This document shows positions 1 to 10,092 of a DNA stretch of 64,000 bases, piece after piece. Made by a program: the position numbers and the translations under genes. Source of the DNA: an uncultured Verrucomicrobiae bacterium (GTDB taxonomy: Bacteria > Verrucomicrobiota > Verrucomicrobiia > Limisphaerales > JAFGQR01); the NCBI GenBank assembly GCA_963788655.1, contig CAWBHS010000060.1, forward strand, positions 256,001 to 320,000, given 5' to 3'. Below the pieces are notes generated by a model. It did no database searches. It was not told where the DNA came from and saw only the letters and a list, made by a program, of their open reading frames with translations. Positions within the stretch are counted from its first letter, which is position 1. The number at the start of each line of letters is the position of its first letter.

Positions 1-13
1 GGCGGCCCTCGTA

Positions 14-1210
14 GTGTTTACCGCCGGCGGTCAAACGAGCGTTGATTTGCTCCGGCGCGTGTTTATGGCCAACATTCCGGTGCCGCGCAAAACCCGCGTG
101 TTCGTCGCGGATGGCGACAAGTTGATCGGAATTGGTGATAGCGTGCGGTTGGAAGCCACGGCGCAAGGCGTCATTCCCGCCACCGGTCTGCTCAAACTCA
201 ACTATCGTGGCCGGCGAGATCAAGAATTCACCCTGGAACAGAATCGGGAGGATCGTTCGCGGTTTGGCCGCACGATTGACAACGTGCAGGATTCCTTTGG
301 TTACCGCATCTATCTAAATGACGGCGCCAGCGAGACGTTCCGCGTGCGGGCGGTGCCGCGACCAACCGTGGCCACGATTCAGTGCGAACAGGAATACCCC
401 GCATATTCGGGACTGAAGCCCGGACGGCGGTCGCTGGGCGATTTATCCCTGTTGGCGGGCAGCAAATTGAAGCTTCACGTGACCGCAACCAAGCCCTTGA
501 AAATGGCCGCGCTGAAATTGGTGGGCCTGGACCAACACGCTTCGTTGCGCGTGGACGAAAAGCAACCCACCGAGTTGTTCGGCGAAATTACCATTCCCAC
601 CAAAGACCTGACCGGCTTCTCCGTCGAAATGCTGGATACGGACGGTATGGAGTCGCGGGATAGCGCGGTGTATCGAGTGGAGATCATTCCCGACAAGGTT
701 CCGTTGGTCCGCATCACTAGTCCGACGCGGAAAGAGGAACTGGCCACCCGAACCGCGAGACCGTTCATCGGCTACCAAGCCTCAGACGACTTCGCGATTG
801 CCCAGGTCAGCTTGCGCTATAAATCCGAAGCCATTGACCACGGCGCCGAAAAAGCCGTTGAACTCGACTTGGGGGGAGAGACGCCGGCCATCTCCAAGCG
901 CCAATTCCAATGGAACCTGGGCGAATTGCAGATCGCGGAAGGCACCATGATCGAGTATTGGATTGCGGCCCAGGACAACAACGACGCCACCGGTCCCGGC
1001 ATAGGCCGTTCGGACCACCAGTTCCTCCGAATCGTTAGTCCCGATGAAAAGCTGGCCGACATCTGGAACCGCGCCGGCGATTACATGGGCAGCATCGACG
1101 ATCTGGCGCAAGACGAAGAAAAACTGAACAATCATTTGGGTACCATCATCTTGGAACGAACCGGAGCCGGATCACTACGCACGGGGTCAGACCGGACTAT
1201 TGACAAGTAA
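14..1210 (+). CDS. DUF4175-like protein with Ig-like beta domains, 5'-truncated by window edge
   Basis: Open frame from the window start. Motifs YPAYSGL, DKVPLVRITSP, ASDDFAI and EYWIAAQDNN...GPGIGRS are typical of PVC DUF4175-type proteins. Confidence 0.6.
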   Translation: MFTAGGQTSVDLLRRVFMANIPVPRKTRVFVADGDKLIGIGDSVRLEATAQGVIPATGLLKLNYRGRRDQEFTLEQNREDRSRFGRTIDNVQDSFGYRIYLNDGASETFRVRAVPRPTVATIQCEQEYPAYSGLKPGRRSLGDLSLLAGSKLKLHVTATKPLKMAALKLVGLDQHASLRVDEKQPTELFGEITIPTKDLTGFSVEMLDTDGMESRDSAVYRVEIIPDKVPLVRITSPTRKEELATRTARPFIGYQASDDFAIAQVSLRYKSEAIDHGAEKAVELDLGGETPAISKRQFQWNLGELQIAEGTMIEYWIAAQDNNDATGPGIGRSDHQFLRIVSPDEKLADIWNRAGDYMGSIDDLAQDEEKLNNHLGTIILERTGAGSLRTGSDRTIDK

Positions 1211-1348
1211 TTCACGCATTCGAGTTATGCCGAGTAAAAACGACTGGCAATAGTGCGGTCTGATTCCGTGGGAATGAGAGATTGTGATTCGGGCCAAATA
1301 GGATCAGTGTAGAGCCGGTCACAGACCGCAAATCAATCAATACCAATC

Positions 1349-4300
1349 ATGAAAACTCGATTCAGTTTTGGGCTGCTGACAATATTGGCATTTTCGCTCA
1401 GCAACTCCCTCGTTGCTGCGGCGGTTGCGCCGGTGCCGCAGAGCGCGGAACAACTGCTCCAACAGGAGCTCAAGCAGGAGCAAATCCGCACCACGACCAA
1501 GCGCGTGGGCGATCACTTGGACGCGGTCCTCAGCGAATTGTCCATTAACGACATCGGGGGGGAGTCGGCCCGGATGTTGCAGGCGATTCGCGGTGTGCTG
1601 GGCCGGTTGTCGGATGAAGACATGGGCCAGGTCATCCAGATGTTGCAGGAAGCCCGACAGGTAAACGACCCGCACGCCTCCACCCGTAAAGCGTCCGATG
1701 CTTATTCGAGTCAGAAAATCATCATCACCCAACTCAAGCAACTGGTGATCGAGTACCAACGACAACAGGCTCTCTACGAGATTTCGCTGCGCCTGAAAGA
1801 ACTGTCCAAGAAACAGACCGACAACATGTGGATCGGCGTCTGGCTCGCCAAAAAGACCAGAAGCCGCACGCCCAATTCCTTTGATGACGGTCAAAAGATC
1901 AACTGGAAGTACCAGCAGACCGAACAGGCCGCGATCAAAGACGAAACCGTCTTCACGCTTGCCCGCCTGGAGAAACTCGCATCCGAAATGGCCAATGGCC
2001 CCACCGGCGAGCGACCCAAAGCCGCCGTGCAACAAGCCCAGAATGGTGGCATCAAGCCAGCCCTGGACGCGGCGGTGGAAGAATTGGCAACCGGCAAGTT
2101 GCTCAGCGCCACCGGCAGCGAAAAGAAAGTCCGTGACCAACTGCGCGAGATTGCGCGGATGCTGTTGATGACCCCCGACGCAATTGACCTGTTGAAACAG
2201 GCCATCCTCGAACTCGAACGGGCCATCGACGATCAGCGAAAGGTGACGACCGAGACGGCCAAGGTCGAACAGGAAACGTCCGACGAAGTAGAAACCCGAC
2301 AAGCCTCAGTGGTCGACGCCACCGATTTAATCCGCCGGGACGTGGACAGTGTGGCGCCGGTAGCGGCGGAGTATTTGAAGAGCGCCACGGACAAGATGCA
2401 GGAAGCGCGCAGCGTGCTCAGCAGTCGCGACAATCCCAAGCGCAAGCAGGAAACCGCCCCGCCGCTGCAAACCGAAGCCGTTACCCAAATGCAACAGGCC
2501 CGCCGCGCGTTGCAGGAGCAGTTGGAAAAGGCCGAACAAATCGCCATGCAGCCGGAGAATCGCCTGGCCGCCCTTAAAGCGTTGCAGGAGCAGTTGCAGC
2601 AACTCATCAAGGAGGAAGCGAAACTCAAGACCGACACAGCCCAAACCGAGCAGAAGAACAAGCAGGATTTGCCCGCCCAGGCGCCGGCGCAAGGCGAGTT
2701 GAAGGATCGGGCGCAAGAAATTCAGTCGCAGGCAGCCAATCAGTCGGCGCCGGCGGCCGAGTCGATGGGTGAAGCCGCCAGCCAGATGCAAAAAGCCCAA
2801 AGCTCGTTGGCCGAAGGCAAGAACAACGAACCCGCCCAGCAGGCCGCTCTGGATGCGTTGCAGCGCGCTGACCAGCAACTGAGCCAGGACATCGCCAAGC
2901 TGGAACAGGCCCAAGCGGAATTGGCGCAATTGGAAAAGATTGGCGAGAAACTCGCCGGCATTATTCAGGACGAACAAAAGCTCCAATTGGACACGGCCAA
3001 GGAAGCGGTGAAACCGCAACCGAATGCCGATGCCGCCAAGGCGTTGGCCAACCGTCAAAACAAAACGGCGCAGGACACCGGCCAACTGCAACAGGAGGCG
3101 TCCACGCCGGCGCCATCGGCAGCGTCGCACATTGGCAAAGCCGGCGAGAACATGGACAACGCGAAATCGGAACTGAACAACACGTCGCCTCAGAACGCTC
3201 GGCCCAAGCAAACGGAAGCGTTGTCGGAACTCTATCTGGCCAAGAAAGACTTGGACAATCAGATGGATCAGTTGCGCGACATGCTCGGCCTGCCGCCGGC
3301 CAGCAATTCCCAGTCACTCGCCGATGCCGCCGCAATGGTTGACCAGGCGTTACGGGACGTGAATCAAGCGCAGGCAGAAATGATGCAGGCTCAACCGGGT
3401 CTGCTGGAATCGCTGGTCCAGCAGCAACAACAGATTGCCGCCGGGTTGGCGCAGCAATCTCAAGAAGCAGCCGACGCGGCGCCGTTGCAGCAGGCCCAAC
3501 AAGCTGCCAGCCAAGCGGCCCAACAATTGGCTCAAGCCAACCTGCCGGCGGCGGTTGGTTCCATGAAGAAAGCCCAGGGCGCAATGCAGCAAGCCATGGC
3601 CTCGAACAAACCGAAACCACCAGGCGAGGCCAATAGTCAATCCGGCCAAGCGCGGCCCAGCGGCGAATCCGGTCAAAGCGATCCGACCGCGCCGTCAGCC
3701 TCGAACGGGGAAGCGGTCACCCCGTCGGAGGCCAGTGATTTGGCCGGATTGTCCGAGAAGCAACAAGCCGTCCGGCAAATGGCGGAAAGCCTGCTGGTCG
3801 CCCAGCAGGCAGCCCCCGCTTCCGCCATGGAGGCGGCGGCTGGATTATTGCAGAACGCCGCCAACAACATTGGTCCGTTGGCGGCCGGCGCGATGGGGCC
3901 GCTGCCGGGTTCAGCCCAGAGTGCCGTGCAATCCGCCCAGGGCTCTGCCACCGACGGCGCCGCGCAAGCCGCCGCCAGTCGAGGCCGTCCCGCGCAAGCG
4001 AGCGCCGCGGCCGCCGCCCAGGCGTTGTCGCAGGCCCAGGCCGCACTGGCTTTGGCCCAAGCGGGATTGGGTGCCGATGCCGCCGCCCAAGCGCAGGGGC
4101 AAGGGCAAGGCCAAGGTCAGGGTCAAGGGAAAGGGCAAGCTCAAGGACAAGGCCAGGGCCAGGGTCAAGGTAAGGGACGCGGTCAAGGCCAAGGTCAGGG
4201 TCAGGGACGCGGCACCCCCTCGCCGCAGGGCACCGGTCGCCAAGGCAACTGGGCGGGAGCGGGCGGGGCCAATGGGGCGCGTCAATCCGCCGCGGGCCGT

Positions 4301-4435
4301 GGGGCGTTCACCGGTTTACCCGCGCGGGATCGGGCCGCCATTTTGCAATCGCAGGGCGAAAAATATCCGCAGGAATACGGCCCGATGGTGGAACAGTATT
4401 TGAAGAATCTTTCCGACCAGGCGGGCCAGAAATAA
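1349..4435 (+). CDS. Large secreted Q/A-rich coiled-coil protein with (GQ)n tail (DUF4175-like)
   Basis: 1028 aa with N-terminal signal peptide, helical Q/A-rich body, GQGQGQ repeat and C-terminal YPQEYGPMVEQYLKNL motif. Confidence 0.65.
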   Translation: MKTRFSFGLLTILAFSLSNSLVAAAVAPVPQSAEQLLQQELKQEQIRTTTKRVGDHLDAVLSELSINDIGGESARMLQAIRGVLGRLSDEDMGQVIQMLQEARQVNDPHASTRKASDAYSSQKIIITQLKQLVIEYQRQQALYEISLRLKELSKKQTDNMWIGVWLAKKTRSRTPNSFDDGQKINWKYQQTEQAAIKDETVFTLARLEKLASEMANGPTGERPKAAVQQAQNGGIKPALDAAVEELATGKLLSATGSEKKVRDQLREIARMLLMTPDAIDLLKQAILELERAIDDQRKVTTETAKVEQETSDEVETRQASVVDATDLIRRDVDSVAPVAAEYLKSATDKMQEARSVLSSRDNPKRKQETAPPLQTEAVTQMQQARRALQEQLEKAEQIAMQPENRLAALKALQEQLQQLIKEEAKLKTDTAQTEQKNKQDLPAQAPAQGELKDRAQEIQSQAANQSAPAAESMGEAASQMQKAQSSLAEGKNNEPAQQAALDALQRADQQLSQDIAKLEQAQAELAQLEKIGEKLAGIIQDEQKLQLDTAKEAVKPQPNADAAKALANRQNKTAQDTGQLQQEASTPAPSAASHIGKAGENMDNAKSELNNTSPQNARPKQTEALSELYLAKKDLDNQMDQLRDMLGLPPASNSQSLADAAAMVDQALRDVNQAQAEMMQAQPGLLESLVQQQQQIAAGLAQQSQEAADAAPLQQAQQAASQAAQQLAQANLPAAVGSMKKAQGAMQQAMASNKPKPPGEANSQSGQARPSGESGQSDPTAPSASNGEAVTPSEASDLAGLSEKQQAVRQMAESLLVAQQAAPASAMEAAAGLLQNAANNIGPLAAGAMGPLPGSAQSAVQSAQGSATDGAAQAAASRGRPAQASAAAAAQALSQAQAALALAQAGLGADAAAQAQGQGQGQGQGQGKGQAQGQGQGQGQGKGRGQGQGQGQGRGTPSPQGTGRQGNWAGAGGANGARQSAAGRGAFTGLPARDRAAILQSQGEKYPQEYGPMVEQYLKNLSDQAGQK
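4090..4210 (+). repeat. Coding hexamer repeat encoding (GQ)n/GKG linker
   Basis: Degenerate caaggc/cagggt units giving AQGQGQGQGQGQGKGQAQGQG... Confidence 0.85.
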
Positions 4436-4464
4436 TCTCGTTCCACTGCCAAACCAACACGCTC

Positions 4465-5691
4465 ATGATGCACTCTTTTCCGCGCTTCGTACGGCAACGC
4501 GCCGAATCACTTGCCCGCGCTCCACATTGTCAACCGCTCCAATCCTGCAACCCTGCAACCCAGTATTATCATCTTGAGCCAAACGAATGTTCGAACGTAG
4601 TTGCCGAGGCGCCAACCACAGCGCCCGCGCTCCCCTATCGATCTCAACTCCGGCAGCCTCGTTGGCGCTGGGCATTCGGCTTCCTCATTTTGTTTCTCGT
4701 CCTGCCGCTGCCCGCCCAGCCGACGGTCGGACGGGACACGGTCAAGGTTGACGAGAAGACCGGTTCCATCATCCAAGGCGCATTGAAATGGCTGGCCAGC
4801 CAACAACTACCCAACGGCGCCTGGGGCAGTTCCGGCGAAGAGAAACGACATCCCATCGCCATGACGGGCTACACGCTGATGGCCTTCCAAGCGGGTGGCC
4901 AGTTGCCGGGCGAAGGCGAGTTTGGCAAGAACGTTAACGCCGGAATCAAATTCCTGCTCGATTCGTGCGGACCGGATGGTTTGTTCACGGACAGTAATAG
5001 CGGCCAATACATGTACGGGCACGGCGTTGCGGCAATTGCTTTGGCCGAAGCTTATGGCGAGACACGCATTCCCTCCATGCGGGCCAAGCTGGAAAAGATC
5101 ATCCGGGTGATCCTCACCTCCCAGAACCGCGAAGGCGGCTGGCGATATCGACCGGTGGCCAATGACGCGGACATTTCCGTGACGGTGCTCCAAGTGGTGG
5201 CCTTGCGGGCGGCCAAGAACGCGGGGCTCGACGTACCGCAAAAGACCATCGATAACGCCGTGAAATACGTGAAGAGTTGTTACCATGAGCGCAGCGGCGG
5301 TTTCGCCTATCAACCTGGACGGGAGCCGGGATTCGCCCGCACCGCCGCCGCCATTTACTCGCTTCAGGTTTGCGGGTTGTATGACGACAAAATGGTGAAG
5401 GCCGGTTCGGAGTATTTGCTCCAGAACCAGAAAACCAAACAGGAGTGGTTCACGTATGGAAATTTTTACGCCGCGCCGGCCCAGTATATGATTGGCGGCG
5501 AAATCTGGGCCAAATGGTACAAGAAAATCAAAGACATTCTGGAAGGCGCGGTAAAGCGCCAAGGGGATGTTTACTATTGGGAACCCCGGTTGGATCAGGG
5601 ACGAGGCGGCGTGGGCGAGGTGTATTGCAGCGCGGTGTACACCATGATTCTGGCGATGCCCTACCATTACATCCCGCTTTATCAGCGGTAA
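4465..5691 (+). CDS. Prenyltransferase/squalene-oxidase repeat protein (true start may be further downstream)
   Basis: QW-type repeats LKWLASQQLPNGAW and SQNREGGWRY, plus YMYGHG and DISVT motifs. A hydrophobic signal-like stretch lies near aa 70-85. Confidence 0.8.
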   Translation: MMHSFPRFVRQRAESLARAPHCQPLQSCNPATQYYHLEPNECSNVVAEAPTTAPALPYRSQLRQPRWRWAFGFLILFLVLPLPAQPTVGRDTVKVDEKTGSIIQGALKWLASQQLPNGAWGSSGEEKRHPIAMTGYTLMAFQAGGQLPGEGEFGKNVNAGIKFLLDSCGPDGLFTDSNSGQYMYGHGVAAIALAEAYGETRIPSMRAKLEKIIRVILTSQNREGGWRYRPVANDADISVTVLQVVALRAAKNAGLDVPQKTIDNAVKYVKSCYHERSGGFAYQPGREPGFARTAAAIYSLQVCGLYDDKMVKAGSEYLLQNQKTKQEWFTYGNFYAAPAQYMIGGEIWAKWYKKIKDILEGAVKRQGDVYYWEPRLDQGRGGVGEVYCSAVYTMILAMPYHYIPLYQR

Positions 5692-5699
5692 CTTGACGG

Positions 5700-6932
5700 G
5701 TGCGACACCGACGGCGAAAACGATCCAAGAAGAGGGGCGGCAAAGCAATTCGCTGGACGGTGGCGCTGCTGATCATCGCGGGCTTGGCCGCAGTGAGTTG
5801 GGGCTTACGACGCGCGGGACGGGCTTCGGATTGGCAGTCCACTTTTCCGTTCGAATTCGTGACCTCGTTGGTGGCCGCACCGACCAATAAAATGATCCCT
5901 CCGAGTAAAGTGCTGCCGTCGCAAACCAAGGCAGATCTTTCGACGCCAGATCCTGTAATGTCCGCCCCCTCAGCGCAGATTTCTCCGCCAACCAATCGAC
6001 CTTCTACAAGTACGTCCAATGCTCCCCTGCCCTTGCCGCCAGTTCGGTCCGGAGCGACCAATGAAGGCACCGCACCGTTGACTTGGCGCGACATCCTGGA
6101 GGCGCAAATCAATTTGGTGCGTCATGGAATTTCCCCCGGCTCACTGGACGGGGTCATGGGATCGCAAACGCGGGCCGCCTTGCGCGCGTTTCAAGTCAAA
6201 ACAAAACTGCCGGCCAGCGGTCAGTTCGACGATGCCACCCGGGCGCGCTTGCGGACGGAGACCCCGCTCTTCACGCGCTACCAGGTGACCGCCGCCGACC
6301 TCGCCCGGCTGCAGCCGGTGGGCAAAACCTGGTTGGAGAAGTCCCAGCAAGCGCGCTTGGATTACGCCACGATTCTGGAATTGGTGGCCGAGCAAAGCCA
6401 GTCGCACCCTGATTTGATTCGCCGGCTCAATGCGGGAGCCGATTGGGAGCATCTGCTGCCGGGAACCGAACTGATTGTCCCGGACGTCCAATTCCCACCG
6501 GTCACCCAGAAGGCAGCGTATGCGGTCATTTACCTCGCCCACCGAAAGCTTCAGACCTTCGATGCCGCCGGGAATCTCCTGGCGCATTTCCCGTGCAGTA
6601 TTGCCCGCAACCTCGAAAAACGTCCGGTGGGTGAACTGCACGTGGCCGTAATCATAGCCCAGCCCAACTACACCTTTGATCCGGCGGTGTTTCCCGAGTC
6701 CGCCGAAGGACGCGAATTGGGTCGCAAGCTGGTAATCCAACCGGGCCCGAACAATCCGGTGGGCGTGGTTTGGATCGGCCTCGACAAGCCCGGTTATGGT
6801 ATCCACGGCACGCCGAGTCCGGAGCTCGTGGGCCGCACCGAATCTCATGGCTGTTTCCGTTTGGCCAACTGGAATGCCGAGTACCTGAAATCCATGGCGT
6901 GGGTGGAGATGCCGGTCTTTGTTGAACCTTGA
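5700..6932 (+). CDS. L,D-transpeptidase (YkuD/ErfK) with peptidoglycan-binding domain
   Basis: Membrane anchor, PG-binding motif DGVMGSQTRAALRAFQ, GPNNPVG and catalytic GIHGT...SHGCFRL. Confidence 0.9.
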   Translation: MRHRRRKRSKKRGGKAIRWTVALLIIAGLAAVSWGLRRAGRASDWQSTFPFEFVTSLVAAPTNKMIPPSKVLPSQTKADLSTPDPVMSAPSAQISPPTNRPSTSTSNAPLPLPPVRSGATNEGTAPLTWRDILEAQINLVRHGISPGSLDGVMGSQTRAALRAFQVKTKLPASGQFDDATRARLRTETPLFTRYQVTAADLARLQPVGKTWLEKSQQARLDYATILELVAEQSQSHPDLIRRLNAGADWEHLLPGTELIVPDVQFPPVTQKAAYAVIYLAHRKLQTFDAAGNLLAHFPCSIARNLEKRPVGELHVAVIIAQPNYTFDPAVFPESAEGRELGRKLVIQPGPNNPVGVVWIGLDKPGYGIHGTPSPELVGRTESHGCFRLANWNAEYLKSMAWVEMPVFVEP

Positions 6933-7139
6933 TCCGCCCGCGAAGGCGTTAACCACTACGGCGAGCCATACGAGACGATGCCAGTAATTTGGACTCCGGC
7001 TTTTGGTGTTTGAACTTTGGAACCACCCCTTCAGAATTACCGGGCAATCCTGCTTTGCCTGCGATCCAGTCTTTGCAATTCCCATTGGCTAAAGTAACGT
7101 CGCGCCGGAATTCACAAGCACGCAACCTTGGCAACTCTG

Positions 7140-9761
7140 ATGAAAAGGCCCTTTGTTACCATCATACTCGCCGGCGGAAAAGGCTCCCGTATGGGGTCCA
7201 GCGATAAACACAAAGTCTGTTTCGAGGTGCTGGGCGTGCCGGTCATCATCCGCGCCATCGAAACTTACAATTTGTGCAGTTCCTTGTTGAACCTCGTGGT
7301 GGTGGGCATGAAAGCCGAGACGGTAATGGCAACCGTGAACGCCCGGTTTCCCGGCACCATCTATGCCTTGCAGGAACAACCGCGCGGTACCGGTGACGCC
7401 GCCCGCCGCGGCGCCGAAATGCTCGAACGCCTCGGCTATGACGGCGAGGTGCTGGTGGTGGCCGGGGACAAAGTCATCGAACCGGGAGTCATTCGCCGGT
7501 TGCTCGCCACGCACCGCAAAACCGGCGCCGATGTCACCCTCGCCACCGCCAAACGGCCGCCGCATTCCAGCACCGGCATTCTGCTGAAATCGCCGCGTGG
7601 GAATATCGTGGGCATCCTCGAAGAAGCTGAACGGCAGCGATTGTTGGCCTTGGCTGAACTCGACCAGGTATTCCAAACAAAGACCAAGCTGTCCCCCGCT
7701 CTCGTTCGTTCGATCGTCGCCCGAAACTGCACCGCCAAAATGGCGACCGCCCTGCTGCTCCGATTGCTTCCGGACGGCGAATCCGTAGCCCCGTTGACGC
7801 GCGCTCAGTTCGAGCAATGCTTTACTCCGGAGGAACGCCGCGGTCGGTTGAAGATTGGCCGTCTGGCCGTGCCCGCGCAGGAAATCCTGGAACGGTCCGA
7901 CCAGATGAACCTGTCCACGTATCTCTTCCGCGCGCCGGTCCTGTATGACGCCCTCCATCGATTAAAGCCCGCGCGCAACAACCAGGAAGAATACCTGACC
8001 GACGTGTTCGAAGTCCTGGCCCGCGGCCAACATCCGGCCCGCGTCGTTGGCTGTGAAATCCATGACCTGAACGACATTATGGCCTTCAACAATCCCCAGG
8101 AATTGTTGGCCATCGAGGAAGTCTATCGCACGAAGCAGGAACCGGTCGCGGTCCAGGCGTCGCCGACCGCCAGTCGAACATTGGCGCTCCCGCAGGCTTG
8201 GGCGAATCTCCTCGCAGCCCCCGGAACCACCGCCCGCCGTCAATTTCGCCATTGGTATGGTGAGGACGTGCCGGCGGCCTCCGTGCAGGCCGTGCTGGAC
8301 GCTTTCATCCGGCGGCATGGTTCCGATCGGCCGGTGGCCATCATCCGGTCGCCCGGTCGGATCAATTTGCTGGGCCGACACATTGATCATCAAGGCGGCA
8401 CGGTCAACGTGATGGCCATCAACCGGGAAATCTTCATGGTGGCCGCGCCGCGCTCGGATGACCGCGTTACGCTGGCCAACACGAATGAATCGCAGTTCGC
8501 CGGTCAGGAATTCCGCATCTCGGACCTCGTCGCCAGTCTGGACTGGGACGATTGGCAGCACGTGATCGACGGGCCGCGCATCCAACGAATGCTCGAAGCG
8601 GCGCGCGGCGATTGGGCCAATTACATCAAGGCGGCCATCCTGCGTTTGCAGGAATTGTTTCGTGACCGCCGGCTGCGTGGCTTGGACCTCATGGTAGGCG
8701 GCGACATTCCGATGGGCGCGGGTTTGAGTTCTTCGTCGGCGCTGGTCGTGGCCACGGCGGAAGCAATCACTGCCTTTAACCAGTTGGCGGTCAGCGCGCG
8801 CCGGTTGGTCAGCTTGTGCGGGGAAGGCGAATGGTTCGTCGGCACCCGCGGCGGCGCGGCGGATCACGCGGCCATCAAACTGTCCCGGCGCGGTTACGTG
8901 ACGCGCGTGGGCTTTTTCCCGTTCCAAATCGAAGACTCGGCGCCCTTCCTACCGGAGCACGACTTGGTGGTGTGTAATTCCGGCGTCTATGCAGGCAAGT
9001 CGCACCAGGCGCGAAACACGTTTAATGAAAAGGTCACCGCGTATCACCTGGGTCGGATTTGGGCAAAAATGCTGCGGCCCGACCTGGCGCCACGCCTCCA
9101 GCAGTTGCGCGACCTCAATCCGGAGCATCTCCGGATGAACCGGGCGTCCTTCGGCCAGTTATTAACCCAATTGCCCGCTCGTCTGAGCCGCACCAAAGTG
9201 CAGGCCGCGTTCGCTCAAATGGCCGCCGCAGACCGCGCCCAAATCGAACGCCTGCTCGGCAGTCATGATGCGCCGGTGAATGGTTATGCCGTGCGGGACG
9301 TGGTCCTGTTCGGCCTTTCGGAAATGGCCCGCGCCCGGCGTTGCCTCGCATTGCTCAAAGCCGGACAGGCGCGGGAACTGGGCCGGCTGATGAACATTTC
9401 GCACGACGGTGACCGTGTTTCTCGAACCGCGCTCGCCACCAAATCGCAGAAGAAGAAAACGTCCGCGGCAGATCGAGTGTTGCTCGACTGGGCCCGCAAA
9501 CGTGGTCGGCAAAGCAGCCTGACAGATCTCTCCGGCGCTTACGGTTGCAGTTTGCCGGCCATCGATGAGATGGTTGACTTCGCTCTTCAGCTTCCTGGAG
9601 TTGAAGGCGCCCAACTGGCTGGGGCTGGACTCGGGGGCTGCGTCATGGCATTGGTGCAACGAGCGCACACGACGGAAGTCTTGCAAGCGTTGGGCCAACA
9701 AGGAATCCGGGCGGAAGTGTTTCGCCCCATTGCCGGCGCGAGCAGCTTGGCGATGGGGTAA
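7140..9761 (+). CDS. Bifunctional sugar nucleotidyltransferase (GlmU-N-like) / GHMP sugar kinase (galactokinase-like)
   Basis: N-terminal half has LAGGKGSRM, QEQPRGTGDA and EEYLTD. C-terminal half has SPGRINLLG, PMGAGLSSSSA and GAQLAGAGLGGC. Confidence 0.85.
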   Translation: MKRPFVTIILAGGKGSRMGSSDKHKVCFEVLGVPVIIRAIETYNLCSSLLNLVVVGMKAETVMATVNARFPGTIYALQEQPRGTGDAARRGAEMLERLGYDGEVLVVAGDKVIEPGVIRRLLATHRKTGADVTLATAKRPPHSSTGILLKSPRGNIVGILEEAERQRLLALAELDQVFQTKTKLSPALVRSIVARNCTAKMATALLLRLLPDGESVAPLTRAQFEQCFTPEERRGRLKIGRLAVPAQEILERSDQMNLSTYLFRAPVLYDALHRLKPARNNQEEYLTDVFEVLARGQHPARVVGCEIHDLNDIMAFNNPQELLAIEEVYRTKQEPVAVQASPTASRTLALPQAWANLLAAPGTTARRQFRHWYGEDVPAASVQAVLDAFIRRHGSDRPVAIIRSPGRINLLGRHIDHQGGTVNVMAINREIFMVAAPRSDDRVTLANTNESQFAGQEFRISDLVASLDWDDWQHVIDGPRIQRMLEAARGDWANYIKAAILRLQELFRDRRLRGLDLMVGGDIPMGAGLSSSSALVVATAEAITAFNQLAVSARRLVSLCGEGEWFVGTRGGAADHAAIKLSRRGYVTRVGFFPFQIEDSAPFLPEHDLVVCNSGVYAGKSHQARNTFNEKVTAYHLGRIWAKMLRPDLAPRLQQLRDLNPEHLRMNRASFGQLLTQLPARLSRTKVQAAFAQMAAADRAQIERLLGSHDAPVNGYAVRDVVLFGLSEMARARRCLALLKAGQARELGRLMNISHDGDRVSRTALATKSQKKKTSAADRVLLDWARKRGRQSSLTDLSGAYGCSLPAIDEMVDFALQLPGVEGAQLAGAGLGGCVMALVQRAHTTEVLQALGQQGIRAEVFRPIAGASSLAMG

Positions 9762-9845
9762 GGCAACGGCGGCATACCGTGCGATCCGTGCGGCGGTGCC
9801 GAGCGCTAAAAGTGCGGCCGAACTTCTGTGAGCCTTCGCCGGCTG

Positions 9846-10013
9846 TTCCCTCTCCCTGAGGGAGAGGGTTAGGGTGAGGGAGAACGAGGCGTTCAAACTA
9901 CGCAGACGGTTCGCACTGGACGTTTTTCGCCCACTATCATTTTCAAGCGTTGCAGGTTGCAGCACGGTGCCTTCCCCCTCACCCCGGCCCTCTTCCCTTG
10001 GGGAGAAGGAGAA
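9846..10013. repeat. Inverted pair of REP-like CCCTCTCCC/GGGAGAGGG palindromes
   Basis: ccctctccctgagggagagggttagggtgaggg at 9846-9884 and ccctcaccccggccctcttcccttggggagaagg at 9972-10013, lying between convergent genes. Confidence 0.75.
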
Positions 10014-10092
10014 CGTTCGACCGGGGTGGGGTGAGTCGAAAGCCCTGAAAGCGTTTGGGGCGGTACCGCGCGCGCCCACCACCGCCACCACA

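Noticed and set aside
4465..5691. Squalene-hopene cyclase
   Set aside because: It is too short, has a single barrel and shows no DXDD catalytic motif.
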